This document shows positions 29,422 through 40,206 of a stretch of DNA of 64,000 bases, in pieces. Under the pieces are notes generated by a model. It saw nothing but the letters and a program-made list of their open reading frames with translations. It did no database searches and was not told the origin of the DNA. The first letter of the stretch is position 1, and each line of letters starts with the position of its first letter. The stretch is from a virus: positions 55,282 through 119,281 of the IMG/VR virus record IMGVR_UViG_3300008448_000009; one strand, 5' to 3'. The position numbers and the translations under genes are program-made.

Positions 29422-31935
29422 ATGAACAGAGAAATTTATCCTAAAGTTAAAATAATTATGAATCAAGCTATCAAAGAAGCTAAAAGTTTCGATGATACTA
29501 AAATAAGACCTGAACATATTATCCTATCAATGATGATTGATAACGATAATGAATGTACTAGACTTTTAAATCAAATGAAAGTAGATACCTTTGACTTGTA
29601 TGATAAAGTCTCTGATTATTTAAGACAAAGCGATTTAACTCCAAGAGTTGCAAACACAAGTAGAAAAACGTTACCATTTTCAGATGAAACAAAAGCAATT
29701 ATCAAAAGCCTTGATAAAGAATGTGAAAAGTTAAATCATAATATGATTGATACAACACATGTTATGCTAGGTATTTTAGCAGCAAAGCTACCGATAAATG
29801 AATTGTTATCTAAAAGTGGTATAACGTATAACCGTTTTAAAAAAACCTTAAAAGATATGGAAAATTACGATGCAAAAAACAGCGCATTTGGTGGTGATGA
29901 CCACGAAGAAAACGACAGTTTTAGAAAAAAACCTAACAGAGTAAACGACTCTAAATCAAAAACACCAGTATTGGATAACTTCTGTAGAGACGTATCCAAA
30001 GCTGTAGAAAAAGGAGAAATAGACCCAGTGGTTGGTCGTGAAGTTGAAATCAAAAGGGTTTCACAAATACTTTCACGTAGAAAGAAAAATAACCCAGTCC
30101 TTATCGGAGAACCAGGTGTTGGTAAAACAGCCATCGTAGAAGGACTCGCACAGCTTATCTATGAAGGTAACGCACCTAGAACACTTAGTGGTAAAAAAAT
30201 ATTTACCTTGGATTTGGCTAGCATCGTTGCTGGTACAAAATATAGAGGCCAGTTTGAAGAACGAATGAAAGCTGTGTTGGAAGAATGTAAAACCAATCCA
30301 GATATCGTATTGTTCATAGACGAATTACACACAATTGTTGGTGCTGGAAATTCATCAGGTTCGTTGGATGCTAGTAACATTTTCAAACCAGCTTTAGCCA
30401 GAGGCGAAATACAAATCATCGGTGCTACAACACTAGATGAATACCGCGAAAACATTGAAAAAGATGGTGCACTTACTAGACGTTTCCAACAAGTTCTTGT
30501 TGAGGAACCTACTCTAGAGCAAACCAAAACTATTTTGATGAACATCAAAGAAAAATATGAAAAACATCACAGAGTAAAATATACTGAAGAAGCTATTGAC
30601 GAGTGTGTTAAACTATCTTCTAGATACATAATGGATAGAGCCATGCCAGACAAAGCTATCGATGTATTGGATGAAGCTGGTGCCACCACAAACGTTAGTG
30701 TTGAAAAACCAGAAAATATCAAAACTTTAGAATCTCAAATCAGTGAAATCCAAGTTCAAAAAAATGAAGTTGTTAAAAAACAACAATACGAAGAGGCGGC
30801 TAAATTAAGAGATAAAGAAAAAGAATTAGATGACAAATTAAAAGAAGCCAATGCTAAATGGCAAGAAGATTTAGAGTCTAACATTACGGAAGTTGGTGTT
30901 GATTTGATTTCAGAAGTTGTTTCTATGATGACTGGAATTCCTCTTAATAAAATTTCAACACAAGAAACCAAAAAATTACTTAACATGGACAAAGCTCTTA
31001 TGGGTAAAGTTATAGGTCAAGACGTAGCTGTATCTAAAGTAGTTAAAGCTATCAAACGTAACCGTATCGGTATCAAAGATAAAAACAAACCAGTTGGTTC
31101 GTTCATCTTTTTAGGTCCTACAGGAGTTGGTAAAACTCTTTTGGCTAAATTGTTAGCAGAAGAAGTGTTTGGTGACGCTGATTCATTGTTTAGAATTGAT
31201 ATGTCTGAGTATATGGAGAAATTCTCTGTGTCGAGATTGGTTGGTCCACCTCCTGGATATGTTGGGTACGAACAAGGTGGTCAATTGACTGAGAAAGTTC
31301 GTAGAAAACCACATTGTGTTGTATTGTTTGATGAGATTGAAAAAGCTCATGAAGACGTATTCAACTTATTGTTACAAATGTTAGATGAAGGTCACTTGAC
31401 TGACGGTTTAGGTCGTAAAGTTAATTTCAAAAATGCTCTTATCATCATGACATCTAACATCGGTGTTAAAGAAGCTAACTCATTTGGTAAAACAATGGGT
31501 CTTGAAACACCAAACGGAATGTTAAACGAAGAAAACAAAGCGCGCGCCATTATCGAAAAAGCCCTTAAAAAGAAATTCAAACCAGAGTTCTTAAACCGTA
31601 TCGATGAAGCGATTATCTTCAACAGCCTTAAACGCGAAGATATCCACGAAATCATCAACGTTGAGTTTGAAAAACTTAGAAAAAGAGTTGTTGAAATGGG
31701 TTACGATTTAAGCATTGAACAAGCAGCGTTGGATTTCTTGGCAGAACATGGCTATGATGAAGAATACGGAGCTAGACCTCTTACCAGAACCCTTCAACAT
31801 TATGTAGAAGATACGGTAGCTGATGAAATTTTGGCTGACCATATTGTCGAAGGACAAACCATCAACATCGTTTATGATAAAGATAACGATACATTGATTG
31901 TAAAACAACCAAAAACACCCAAAACAAAAAAATAA
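29422..31935 (+). CDS. clpC: ClpC-type AAA+ chaperone/protease ATPase
   Basis: Clp-N repeats, [32 protein letters not shown]-like [15 protein letters not shown]. Confidence 0.9.
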   Translation: MNREIYPKVKIIMNQAIKEAKSFDDTKIRPEHIILSMMIDNDNECTRLLNQMKVDTFDLYDKVSDYLRQSDLTPRVANTSRKTLPFSDETKAIIKSLDKECEKLNHNMIDTTHVMLGILAAKLPINELLSKSGITYNRFKKTLKDMENYDAKNSAFGGDDHEENDSFRKKPNRVNDSKSKTPVLDNFCRDVSKAVEKGEIDPVVGREVEIKRVSQILSRRKKNNPVLIGEPGVGKTAIVEGLAQLIYEGNAPRTLSGKKIFTLDLASIVAGTKYRGQFEERMKAVLEECKTNPDIVLFIDELHTIVGAGNSSGSLDASNIFKPALARGEIQIIGATTLDEYRENIEKDGALTRRFQQVLVEEPTLEQTKTILMNIKEKYEKHHRVKYTEEAIDECVKLSSRYIMDRAMPDKAIDVLDEAGATTNVSVEKPENIKTLESQISEIQVQKNEVVKKQQYEEAAKLRDKEKELDDKLKEANAKWQEDLESNITEVGVDLISEVVSMMTGIPLNKISTQETKKLLNMDKALMGKVIGQDVAVSKVVKAIKRNRIGIKDKNKPVGSFIFLGPTGVGKTLLAKLLAEEVFGDADSLFRIDMSEYMEKFSVSRLVGPPPGYVGYEQGGQLTEKVRRKPHCVVLFDEIEKAHEDVFNLLLQMLDEGHLTDGLGRKVNFKNALIIMTSNIGVKEANSFGKTMGLETPNGMLNEENKARAIIEKALKKKFKPEFLNRIDEAIIFNSLKREDIHEIINVEFEKLRKRVVEMGYDLSIEQAALDFLAEHGYDEEYGARPLTRTLQHYVEDTVADEILADHIVEGQTINIVYDKDNDTLIVKQPKTPKTKK

Positions 31936-31939
31936 TATA

Positions 31940-31962
31940 AAACCCACGAAAGTGGGTTTTTT
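31940..31962 (+). terminator. intrinsic terminator
   Basis: AAACCCAC-GAAA-GTGGGTTT plus T-tract. Confidence 0.8.
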
Positions 31963-31985
31963 TGTTTTAGAGAATATTTATTGTT

Positions 31986-32522
31986 ATGAAACAAATGATA
32001 AAACAATTATTGCGAGAAGCCATTGATAAAACAATCACATGTAAAAAATGTGATTGGCATTGGAAAGAATCTGAATCGGATAAAAAAGATTTGTACGTTT
32101 GTCATAAATGTGGTCATGATAACACACCAAAAAAAGAAAATATTAACGAACGTTTGCTAACCAAACATAAAGAAGATATTTTGGATGTTGCTGATTTCGT
32201 TAATTTTGCTAAAAAATATTTGGATATTGATGATGATATTAAAGTTGAATTGGCTTTTGAAAGAACACCAGACCTTAGAACAACCGCATATTACAACAAC
32301 GGTGAAAAACGTATGAAGATATATGTTAAAAATAGAGCTATTATAGATGTATGTCGTTCAATAGCTCATGAATTAACACACCACAAACAAAATCTAGAAG
32401 GAAGAATAACAGATGCAAGTAAAGATGGTGAAGACGGAAGTGATATAGAAAATGAAGCCAACGCAACAGCTGGTGTAATAATAAGAAAATGGGGACGTAT
32501 ACACCCTGAAATTTATGAATAA
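31986..32522 (+). CDS. zinc-ribbon plus HExxH metallopeptidase-like protein with MKQMIKQLLRE leader
   Basis: CKKC..CHKC; AHELTHHKQ...ENEANA. Confidence 0.65.
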   Translation: MKQMIKQLLREAIDKTITCKKCDWHWKESESDKKDLYVCHKCGHDNTPKKENINERLLTKHKEDILDVADFVNFAKKYLDIDDDIKVELAFERTPDLRTTAYYNNGEKRMKIYVKNRAIIDVCRSIAHELTHHKQNLEGRITDASKDGEDGSDIENEANATAGVIIRKWGRIHPEIYE

Positions 32523-33366
32523 TACTAGAACACTATTAAGAGAAGAAATTGCCTTAAACGATAGAAAAATGCTATTGAATGAGCAGACTATGTTATTGAT
32601 AGAAAATAGTGAATATGTAAAACATGTTTTGGGTATCCAAACACCGTTGTTTGAGTATTATTCTTTTGAACTTAGAAAACAAATAATTGACGAAGCTTTA
32701 TCAATACAAGGTGTTTTACAATCAGCTAACAGCTATTTAGTTGGTCAGATTGAAAAAGGTAAAGAATATGTTGTAAAAGCTATTGATGCAGTTAAATCGA
32801 CTAAAGATATTGTAATATTATTTAAAAATTTAATTTTATCACCAGAAAATATGACTAAAGCCAATAGAGGGTTAAATAAAATATGTACAGATTTAACAAA
32901 TGATGCTCAATCTGTAATTACATATATAACCGAAAAATTGCCTAATATAGTTAATTTTACCGAAGGAATGGTAAACATGTTAAACAAATTAAAAAGAATT
33001 GTCACTGACGAAATAAACGGTAACGGTTGGACAGGTTTTATAGCTAAATTTGGTCTTGCATGTTTAATGACTTACATTAAAATAAACGTATTTGATAAAA
33101 TAATTAAATTAGGTATTCAGTTTATTAAAGATGGTGCAGTACTTTTCACTGGGGTTCAAGGGTTGCTTCAATTATTTAAAAATTTTAAAGAAACAATAAT
33201 TCAAAATGGTGATATAAAACAAATAATAAATTGGATAACCAACATAGGTAAAGAAGCCGCATCATTAAAACTAACTTTAGCGTTTGATATAATGGTAGCA
33301 GTAACAACTGTTTGCACAGCTTTGTTAGCAGTTATTAATTTCAAATTTGATTTGAGAAAACAATAA
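32515..33366 (+). CDS. helical protein with hydrophobic segments, LLREE leader
   Basis: GWTGFIAKFGLACLMTYI and LAFDIMVAVTTVCTALLAVINF. Confidence 0.6.
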   Translation: MNNTRTLLREEIALNDRKMLLNEQTMLLIENSEYVKHVLGIQTPLFEYYSFELRKQIIDEALSIQGVLQSANSYLVGQIEKGKEYVVKAIDAVKSTKDIVILFKNLILSPENMTKANRGLNKICTDLTNDAQSVITYITEKLPNIVNFTEGMVNMLNKLKRIVTDEINGNGWTGFIAKFGLACLMTYIKINVFDKIIKLGIQFIKDGAVLFTGVQGLLQLFKNFKETIIQNGDIKQIINWITNIGKEAASLKLTLAFDIMVAVTTVCTALLAVINFKFDLRKQ

Positions 33367-33378
33367 AATAAATATATT

Positions 33379-34950
33379 ATGAAAAATACAATCAAAGGTG
33401 GTAAATCTGATAAACTAACACTAGCTGATATCGCTAAAAAATTTAAAGTTTCAGTTTCAGATATTGAATCTCAAATTAAAAAAGGCGCCAAAGTTGAAAG
33501 TGAACACACCTCAGATAAAGAAAAAGCTATAGAAATAGCAACCGACCACATATCTGAATTTCCAGACTATTACGATAGACTAGAAAAAATGGAAAAAAGT
33601 GCGAATAAAAAATGGGAAAATGATAAAGAAAAAACTAATGAAGGTATTAAAAGTTCTATAGCAGCAGCCTCATTAGGTCTAAGTTTAATGGGTAACCCTC
33701 AAATAGCTAAAGGTTCAAACATAACGCCAATGAGCCAAACACAAACACAAAAAGTTTTAGCTAAAGTAAATATTATAGATTCTCAACCGTTATCTAACCC
33801 AGATTTAGATTTAGTTCATGGTATTTTAGGTTCAAATAGATTACAAGATGATTTTGCAAAAAGAGTTGAAGACGAATTAAAAAATCAAGTAAAAAATGGT
33901 AATAAACCAGATGTATCTAACATACAAGTAAGAACATATGTACAAGGTGATAAAATTGTTACCAAAGCGTCTTGTGATATTGTTCAATCTTTAGATGGAA
34001 TAGCATATACACATTTTACAACTAGAGGCTCTATTGGTTCTAATTATGTTCAAAGACATGATAACCAAATAAATGGGTTAATTAATCGATTAGAAAATTA
34101 TTATGGCGGGGTTGCTAAACAAGTTGGTGATTCAGTTGAAATTTCGTTTAAATTAAATAATAATGTCATAGCTTATAAACAAAGTTTCTTTGTTTCTTCC
34201 GATGATAAAAATATGACAAATAATCAAGATATACAACAAATCACTGGTTCTGATATTAATAATTTAAGAGACAAATTAAATACAGAAACAAAAGATATTT
34301 ATATTGATATTAATTCTATTAAAGTAGATATTAAAAATTATAAAATATCATATAAAACTGGTAATGTTGGGATACATAAAATTTCTTTATTATTTGATGA
34401 TTCTAATAATTTAGATAATCGTTTAAAAAATATAAAAGATAAAAATCCATTTTTTAAAGAAATAAAAAGAGGTAAAATAGGTAACTTGGATTGGGTTATA
34501 AGCGTAATACCTTATGAGGAAATAACAAAAGAAACAAAAACAACTGAAATGAACGAGAACAACAAAATATTAATTAAACGCCTTCTACGTGAAGAATTAG
34601 AGGAAGGAAGATTTAGTAGAGCATTAGGTACTGCTGCTATGGCTGCTAGTACCATGATGTCACCAAATATGAGTGCAAACACACCAAAATCACCGATTGA
34701 ACGTGCTGACTATAAACTTGGTGTTATTAGAAATGATGACGGTTCTTATACATCAACAGCTCAAACATCTGGTCCAAATGCTGAGTTTGCAAAAGAACTG
34801 GCTATAACTAAAGCCAAGAATCAAATACTAGAAAAATTAGGTTTGGCTTCTGGTGCTATTGTAAATGTTAAAGTGATGAAAGTTAAAACAGCAAAAGTTG
34901 AAAACGGAATGGTTATGTGTGTTGTTACAATAACTGGTAATGTAGAATAA
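33379..34950 (+). CDS. modular putative internal head polyprotein
   Basis: N-terminal GxKVExEHT...DHxxEFPDYY module (DUF5661-like from memory); internal ILIKRLLREE. Confidence 0.6.
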   Translation: MKNTIKGGKSDKLTLADIAKKFKVSVSDIESQIKKGAKVESEHTSDKEKAIEIATDHISEFPDYYDRLEKMEKSANKKWENDKEKTNEGIKSSIAAASLGLSLMGNPQIAKGSNITPMSQTQTQKVLAKVNIIDSQPLSNPDLDLVHGILGSNRLQDDFAKRVEDELKNQVKNGNKPDVSNIQVRTYVQGDKIVTKASCDIVQSLDGIAYTHFTTRGSIGSNYVQRHDNQINGLINRLENYYGGVAKQVGDSVEISFKLNNNVIAYKQSFFVSSDDKNMTNNQDIQQITGSDINNLRDKLNTETKDIYIDINSIKVDIKNYKISYKTGNVGIHKISLLFDDSNNLDNRLKNIKDKNPFFKEIKRGKIGNLDWVISVIPYEEITKETKTTEMNENNKILIKRLLREELEEGRFSRALGTAAMAASTMMSPNMSANTPKSPIERADYKLGVIRNDDGSYTSTAQTSGPNAEFAKELAITKAKNQILEKLGLASGAIVNVKVMKVKTAKVENGMVMCVVTITGNVE

Positions 34951-34972
34951 ATAATTAAGGGCCGATTGGCCC

Positions 34973-35452
34973 TTATTTTTTTCCTGTGTATTCATGACTG
35001 AAACAAATTCTCTTGTTATCAAAATAATGTTCTTTGAACATATTTTTAACAGACACATCTTTTCTTAATTTTTTATTTTTGCTAGTGGCAACCCATAAAT
35101 CAGAATGTTCTCGGTAATATCCCATCCTAGGGTGTGCGGTTCTTGAAAAATACCTATGACCTTCATCTATGTGTATTTGAGCGATAGCATCAGAAAATCT
35201 AACACCAATACCCATACCTTGAAAATCTGGCAATATAACTGTTCTATGCCCTCTCCACGCGTTTTTTAACGTACCACTAGGCATAGTTATAGCAGCCCCA
35301 AACGCCACAACATGTCCTTCCCATACACCAACATAGCATCTGGCCGCTTTATTCACATTTCCATCTAAATAATGGTGGTCTTTAAACATTCCCCAACTAT
35401 CATAGTTTGTGCGATATATGTCAAGTTTGATTTGTGGGCGGGCAAAAAAAAA
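34973..35452 (-). CDS. GNAT/Mom-like acetyltransferase domain, probably joined by -1 frameshift to upstream ATPase
   Basis: RPQIKLDIY..WGMFKDHHYL, RTVILPDFQGMGIG; frame open from T9 run. Confidence 0.7.
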   Translation of the reverse strand, partial: FFFARPQIKLDIYRTNYDSWGMFKDHHYLDGNVNKAARCYVGVWEGHVVAFGAAITMPSGTLKNAWRGHRTVILPDFQGMGIGVRFSDAIAQIHIDEGHRYFSRTAHPRMGYYREHSDLWVATSKNKKLRKDVSVKNMFKEHYFDNKRICFSHEYTGKK

Positions 35453-36054
35453 CCGTCCATCAGTTCTCCTGTGTCCGTATCAATAACCCAATCAGGTTCC
35501 AACCAATTCAATATATCACGGTGGCATGTTGATATAACCACATTTTCAATTTCGTTATTTTTGATATACCTAGATAACGATACACTGGCCGCTTTAGCCA
35601 CAGCTCTATCAACCACACTACTAAACTCATCAATGACAGCACCAGTTTTAATTTTACGCGCTAAATCAGCTCTAAACTTTTCTCCGTTAGATAACACATT
35701 GTAAGGTTTGTACCATGAAGGTACAGAATTCAACCCGACACTACCTAATTTATTTATGGCTTCATCTGGTTCATCAAAATGTGATACTATAGATTTATTT
35801 GGGTCCCATTGTGGGGTTTCTTCAATTCCAAAGTTTTTTAAAAGTGTTGATTTACCAGAACCACTAGAACCAACAATAACACCTAGTTTAAATTTTTTAG
35901 GAATACTAGCTGGCAATTGCCATGGATAAAATTTTGAAGTACCGTCAAAAGCGCAATCAAACGCTTTTTCACTAGCAGCAATAAAATCATCACGTTCCAC
36001 ACTTGAAGTAAGAGGTGTGGTCTCTTTTGTTAGTTTTTCCATGAAATGAAACAT
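35365..36054 (-). CDS. ABC-type ATPase domain
   Basis: GSSGSGKST, LSNGEKFRADLA, IDEFSSVVDR, STCHRDI. Confidence 0.85.
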   Translation of the reverse strand: MFHFMEKLTKETTPLTSSVERDDFIAASEKAFDCAFDGTSKFYPWQLPASIPKKFKLGVIVGSSGSGKSTLLKNFGIEETPQWDPNKSIVSHFDEPDEAINKLGSVGLNSVPSWYKPYNVLSNGEKFRADLARKIKTGAVIDEFSSVVDRAVAKAASVSLSRYIKNNEIENVVISTCHRDILNWLEPDWVIDTDTGELMDGFFLPAHKSNLTYIAQTMIVGECLKTTII

Positions 36055-36143
36055 TTATAAATAAATATCTCGTTATCATAAAAAAATAAAAGACTAAGGT
36101 GATTGAATAACCACCTTAGCCTTTAATATTTTCTAGTTCGAAA

Positions 36144-36353
36144 TTACTTTCTACCTTCAGTTAATTGTAACAATTTTTTCTCTAATGCAGCAATTCTGTT
36201 TTCAAATAGAGAGTTAGCTTTTTTACTTTTCTGAGCTTGCTCATTAAGCCATTCTTGTTTTTTTACTGCAACTGCTTCATTTACAATGTTGTCGATTAAA
36301 TCAACAAGGTGAGATTCTTTGATTTTAACTGTTTTTTTAGTTAAGTTTGACAT
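36144..36353 (-). CDS. small late protein with LxE sites
   Basis: Late motif 36387; IVNE, LNE, LTE. Confidence 0.55.
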   Translation of the reverse strand: MSNLTKKTVKIKESHLVDLIDNIVNEAVAVKKQEWLNEQAQKSKKANSLFENRIAALEKKLLQLTEGRK

Positions 36354-36419
36354 GTCTTTAAGTTTTTATTAAAATCTTATTTATAAATAAATATATCAAA
36401 CATACCAAAAAACCAATTT

Positions 36420-36575
36420 TTATCTAATAAAAATATCTACATTGTAAATTTCTAACAACGCTTCGGTTGTTAAACTTTTAATTTTAGCAAATAATTCAGC
36501 TGCGTCATCTAATGTTTTAGCTGGTATAGTGTTAATTATTTCACCACATTTTGTTTTTAATGCAAATCTTTCCAT
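36420..36575 (-). CDS. 51-aa hypothetical protein (not in ORF track)
   Basis: MERFALKTKCGEII... after TAnnTTTG at 36592. Confidence 0.45.
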   Translation of the reverse strand: MERFALKTKCGEIINTIPAKTLDDAAELFAKIKSLTTEALLEIYNVDIFIR

Positions 36576-36631
36576 AGGTTAAATCTTTTTACAAATATAC
36601 TTATAAATATTTAAAAAAACAACAAAGATTT

Positions 36632-37684
36632 TTAATTTATTAAACCTTTTATTTTATTTAACACTTCTTCAATACCAGTAATCTCAACTTCACCGTAATC
36701 TATCGACTGTAAATCATTCGCAGATATTCTAGTAATGTCTGATTCGAATTCATGAAACCTAGGTGTTGAATCACTAACCATAACTACATGAGTACCAACT
36801 CCCCACGCTAACCAAGACAACCCAGAACTTACACCCATGTGAAATTCTGCATGTTTGATTAAACCAGCAACTTTCTTTAAATCTGCTTCACCAGACATAT
36901 CGATAACACCTTTCAAATTACTTTTTTCCTTGGATATTGTCAATACTTCATAGTCATTATCAATTAAAAAATCAACAACTGTTTGCCATCCGTTTTCAGC
37001 TCTCCAATGTTTTTCTGGATGACTACCAAACTCTGATAACGTAACGTACTTACGAACTATTCTTCTAGGTTCATATTTACATAACTCAGATAAATCTGGT
37101 CTAAATTCCATGGGTGTTAATCCTAAACATTCACTGGCAACTCGTTGTAACGGATGTTCGTTGGTTTTTATTGGTGAATAAATCAAAGAATCATCATTGG
37201 CCGCACCAACATAGTATTGCGCGTACACGTTGGCTATGGGTGTATTCGGTGCCACAAACAATATGTTAGGATATGAATCAACCAACAAATGATTATGAAA
37301 CGTTGAACAAATAACAGTACATTCATGTTTACATCTAAAATCTTCTACATAAGGAATCCACGCAATAGTATCACCCAACGCATACGCATCTATTTTTATG
37401 AACACGACTTTATGATACGGGTCAAATTCATCTTCAAAAACAATTTTATCGTTTTCATCAAAGATTCGTATTAACCAATCAGTATACCATTGTCGAATAT
37501 TACTTTCAATTGTTTCGTTGGTTTTACAATAACCTTCAGCTATTTTAATCAACAAACCGTTGTCTAATTTTTTGTTAAATTCCACCCTATAGGTTTTTAT
37601 ATCATCCCCTTGGATTGTGACCCTAGGAGCGTTTGCAACCTTTGGTAGGGTGGTTAAATAACTTACTTTAAAACTATTACTCAT
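36632..37684 (-). CDS. GT9-like glycosyltransferase resembling autotransporter O-heptosyltransferases (Aah/TibC family)
   Basis: ALGDTIAWIPY..FRxKHxC..ICSTF; GVSSGLSWLAWGVG. Confidence 0.7.
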   Translation of the reverse strand: MSNSFKVSYLTTLPKVANAPRVTIQGDDIKTYRVEFNKKLDNGLLIKIAEGYCKTNETIESNIRQWYTDWLIRIFDENDKIVFEDEFDPYHKVVFIKIDAYALGDTIAWIPYVEDFRCKHECTVICSTFHNHLLVDSYPNILFVAPNTPIANVYAQYYVGAANDDSLIYSPIKTNEHPLQRVASECLGLTPMEFRPDLSELCKYEPRRIVRKYVTLSEFGSHPEKHWRAENGWQTVVDFLIDNDYEVLTISKEKSNLKGVIDMSGEADLKKVAGLIKHAEFHMGVSSGLSWLAWGVGTHVVMVSDSTPRFHEFESDITRISANDLQSIDYGEVEITGIEEVLNKIKGLIN

Positions 37685-37687
37685 ACA

Positions 37688-38218
37688 TTAACATTTTCTA
37701 TCAGCAGCTGTTGAAGCAGCCCATGCTTCAGGTTTTATTTTGAATTCGTAACCCATACCTAGAATGTATCCAACAGCTGATTGTAAAGCTTTATTAGAGT
37801 CATGTTTTGGACTTGGGTTGATGTCTGCGTGAATTTCCAATGGAATTTCATATACATCTAACAACTCAGCAATTTGAGTTGCTACCTCGATAGATTTACC
37901 TACCTCGAATACCATTCTCTCGTTAACCAATTCCTTGTCTCTTTTTCTACCGTCAGAATCTTTTTTCATGAAATCATGATTGTAAGTAGCTGATACTATC
38001 ATACCACCACGGCCCCAGATAACACCACCACCTAAATCTTCAGTTGCGGTAATAAGAATTACCGTAGCAAACTTATAAAGTGTGCCTTTGATTTTTTGTG
38101 AGTCAGTACCAATAGATACTTTAAGTGTACGGTTTTTTTCCATTTGTTCATCGAACAAATTTTGCAAGTAATCTACTAAATCTTCTTCGATTACCTTGTT
38201 GTTTCTAATCCATTTCAT
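37688..38218 (-). CDS. RNase H-like YkuK (DUF458) family protein
   Basis: IGTDSQ, EVGKS, LEIHADIN, IKPEAWAASTAADR. Confidence 0.8.
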   Translation of the reverse strand: MKWIRNNKVIEEDLVDYLQNLFDEQMEKNRTLKVSIGTDSQKIKGTLYKFATVILITATEDLGGGVIWGRGGMIVSATYNHDFMKKDSDGRKRDKELVNERMVFEVGKSIEVATQIAELLDVYEIPLEIHADINPSPKHDSNKALQSAVGYILGMGYEFKIKPEAWAASTAADRKC

Positions 38219-38280
38219 AACATTTGTTTTTTTGTGTTATACGTAATAAAAAAGGCTCCCACAACAGGAGCCTTATATTT

Positions 38281-39690
38281 TTAATTAAAGTTGGTTGTTG
38301 GTAACAACTCCTTTAATTTGCTATACTTTGTTTCTCCTATGTCTTCTACATTAACGACAATTCTAAATAACGACCCACCATTACTTTTATCAAGCATGGT
38401 TATTTCTTCTGGAATCTCAATATCTTTGTTGCCTTTGATGTTCAAAAACTCTAAATTTTTTAAATAACCTATTTCTTTAGGTAACACTTTAAGTTGGTTG
38501 TTGGTCAATACCAACATATTCAACGTAGCTAAATTACCTATAGACGGATGTATTTCACCCAATTTTGCATTGGTGATGATAAGTTGGTCAAGTTTTTTAA
38601 ACTTGCTAATATTAGGCAGTTTTCTAATCTCTTTAGCCATAAACCTAATAGTAGGTAACTTTTCATCTAATAATTCAAATAAACTTTCAGCAAAACCAAA
38701 TTGCATCAAGTAATCCAAATATCTGTTCGAATCAATACCACCTTTATATCCTTTTGCCATTTCCAACAACTCGTCATGGAAATAGTTGGTGATACCTTCA
38801 CTCTCACTAATCACATTTTCAAAAATGCTAACGTTCTGACCATTTTGTCTGTCTTTCAACTGATTGGTTTCAAAATGAATCTGAAATAAATCTTTGGTTT
38901 TACCCTCAAAAAACTGATTAGGAATTATGATATAAATATCTGATTTCTTCCCGTTAGGTTTTCTGTGACCTTCAGTATACGATTTAAACATACCGTTACC
39001 TACTCTGGCGGTACACCAGTTTGCAAATTTGTCAAAAACTACACTAGCTTCAGTTGTTTTAGGAATATACAGCGTAAACTTTCTATCCCTAACTGGTATG
39101 ATGGCTTGCCCAGCATCAACAAATTTTTGCAACGTTCGCTCAATGGCCGACGTGTCTTTTTCAATAAATGGGTCAACAGCATCAAATAATTGTGACAAGG
39201 ATTTATATTGGTTGATGTTCGTTGGGTCACCAATTCCTTTAAGACTATAACTGGCCAAACACAAATCTTTAAATTTTCTTTTTCGTTTGTTATCTTCAAA
39301 CAACGTCAAATATTTATTGGCTTGTGGTAAATCCTCAGTAACAAAACGAACCGCCATATCTCTTGAATTAGGTTTGTCGCTCTTTAACAAACGAGAAAAT
39401 AAATTCAACATCCATTGCAAATAGATTTTATTTTCAGTTGGGTCAGCAGCTATCATTTCACTAAACACTTCAGAACAAACACTAATTCTTTTTAGTGTTC
39501 TTTCTTTTTCGTTACCTTTGCTAGAAACAATTGCCAATATCCCATAACCGTTTGATACAATGTCAGCGTCATAACCCTCAGCATTAATCGCTGCAAGCTT
39601 TGCATCTACTGATATTTCTTCAGTGCATTCGAACACGTCGAATAGTTCCGCTAAAAATACAATTCTGTCTGTAATACTGTTTTCTTTCAT
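38281..39690 (-). CDS. protein with WCT-motif (PcfJ-related) domain and C-terminal leucine-rich repeats
   Basis: ANWCTAR...FQIHFE; LxxLxLxxNxLxxLPxxIGxLxxL repeats. Confidence 0.7.
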   Translation of the reverse strand: MKENSITDRIVFLAELFDVFECTEEISVDAKLAAINAEGYDADIVSNGYGILAIVSSKGNEKERTLKRISVCSEVFSEMIAADPTENKIYLQWMLNLFSRLLKSDKPNSRDMAVRFVTEDLPQANKYLTLFEDNKRKRKFKDLCLASYSLKGIGDPTNINQYKSLSQLFDAVDPFIEKDTSAIERTLQKFVDAGQAIIPVRDRKFTLYIPKTTEASVVFDKFANWCTARVGNGMFKSYTEGHRKPNGKKSDIYIIIPNQFFEGKTKDLFQIHFETNQLKDRQNGQNVSIFENVISESEGITNYFHDELLEMAKGYKGGIDSNRYLDYLMQFGFAESLFELLDEKLPTIRFMAKEIRKLPNISKFKKLDQLIITNAKLGEIHPSIGNLATLNMLVLTNNQLKVLPKEIGYLKNLEFLNIKGNKDIEIPEEITMLDKSNGGSLFRIVVNVEDIGETKYSKLKELLPTTNFN

Positions 39691-39743
39691 AAACTTGTTT
39701 TATGTACAAAGATACAAAAATAAAATGAATAAGGCAATAGCTT

Positions 39744-40082
39744 TTATAAGAATCTTTTAAAAAAATCTTCTTCTAAGTACTCTTCAAGTCTTTTTTTCAA
39801 AAACCAAACCATTCCATCTAAATTGTCTGACTCTCTGTTAGCTATGTCTAAAATCACTTCACTTGGATTCTCGCCATCTGTAATTCTATATTTAATTTCT
39901 TGTAAAACGTTTTTCCCACCTTGCTTGACTAAATTTTCTACGATTAAATTATATGTGTCCCATCTCATTTCTTCGTCCTCATTTAACGTATCTAACATGC
40001 AATTTATGTGTTTGTAATACGCTTTATCTAAGGTTGTTTTTCTTGTTTTATTATCTTTTAAAAGAAATTTTTTAACATCCAT
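39744..40082 (-). CDS. hypothetical late protein, paralog of 40207..40527
   Basis: Shared WxTYN...ExxYxxTxxxxPxxVxxxI. Confidence 0.6.
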   Translation of the reverse strand: MDVKKFLLKDNKTRKTTLDKAYYKHINCMLDTLNEDEEMRWDTYNLIVENLVKQGGKNVLQEIKYRITDGENPSEVILDIANRESDNLDGMVWFLKKRLEEYLEEDFFKRFL

Positions 40083-40206
40083 AATCAGTAAATTTTAATC
40101 AATCGTTATTTAATGATAAATATCACGATTCGTCAGATTGGATATTAATTTTTGTTAAATAAGTCTTTTATTTACTGGTAATCAGACATATAACAATAAA
40201 AAATAT

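Noticed and set aside
6468-31947. Many antisense ORFs (e.g. 8295..8486, 12069..12455, 20512..20766, 30159..30548)
   Set aside because: Shadows of real genes or low-complexity repeats on the opposite strand
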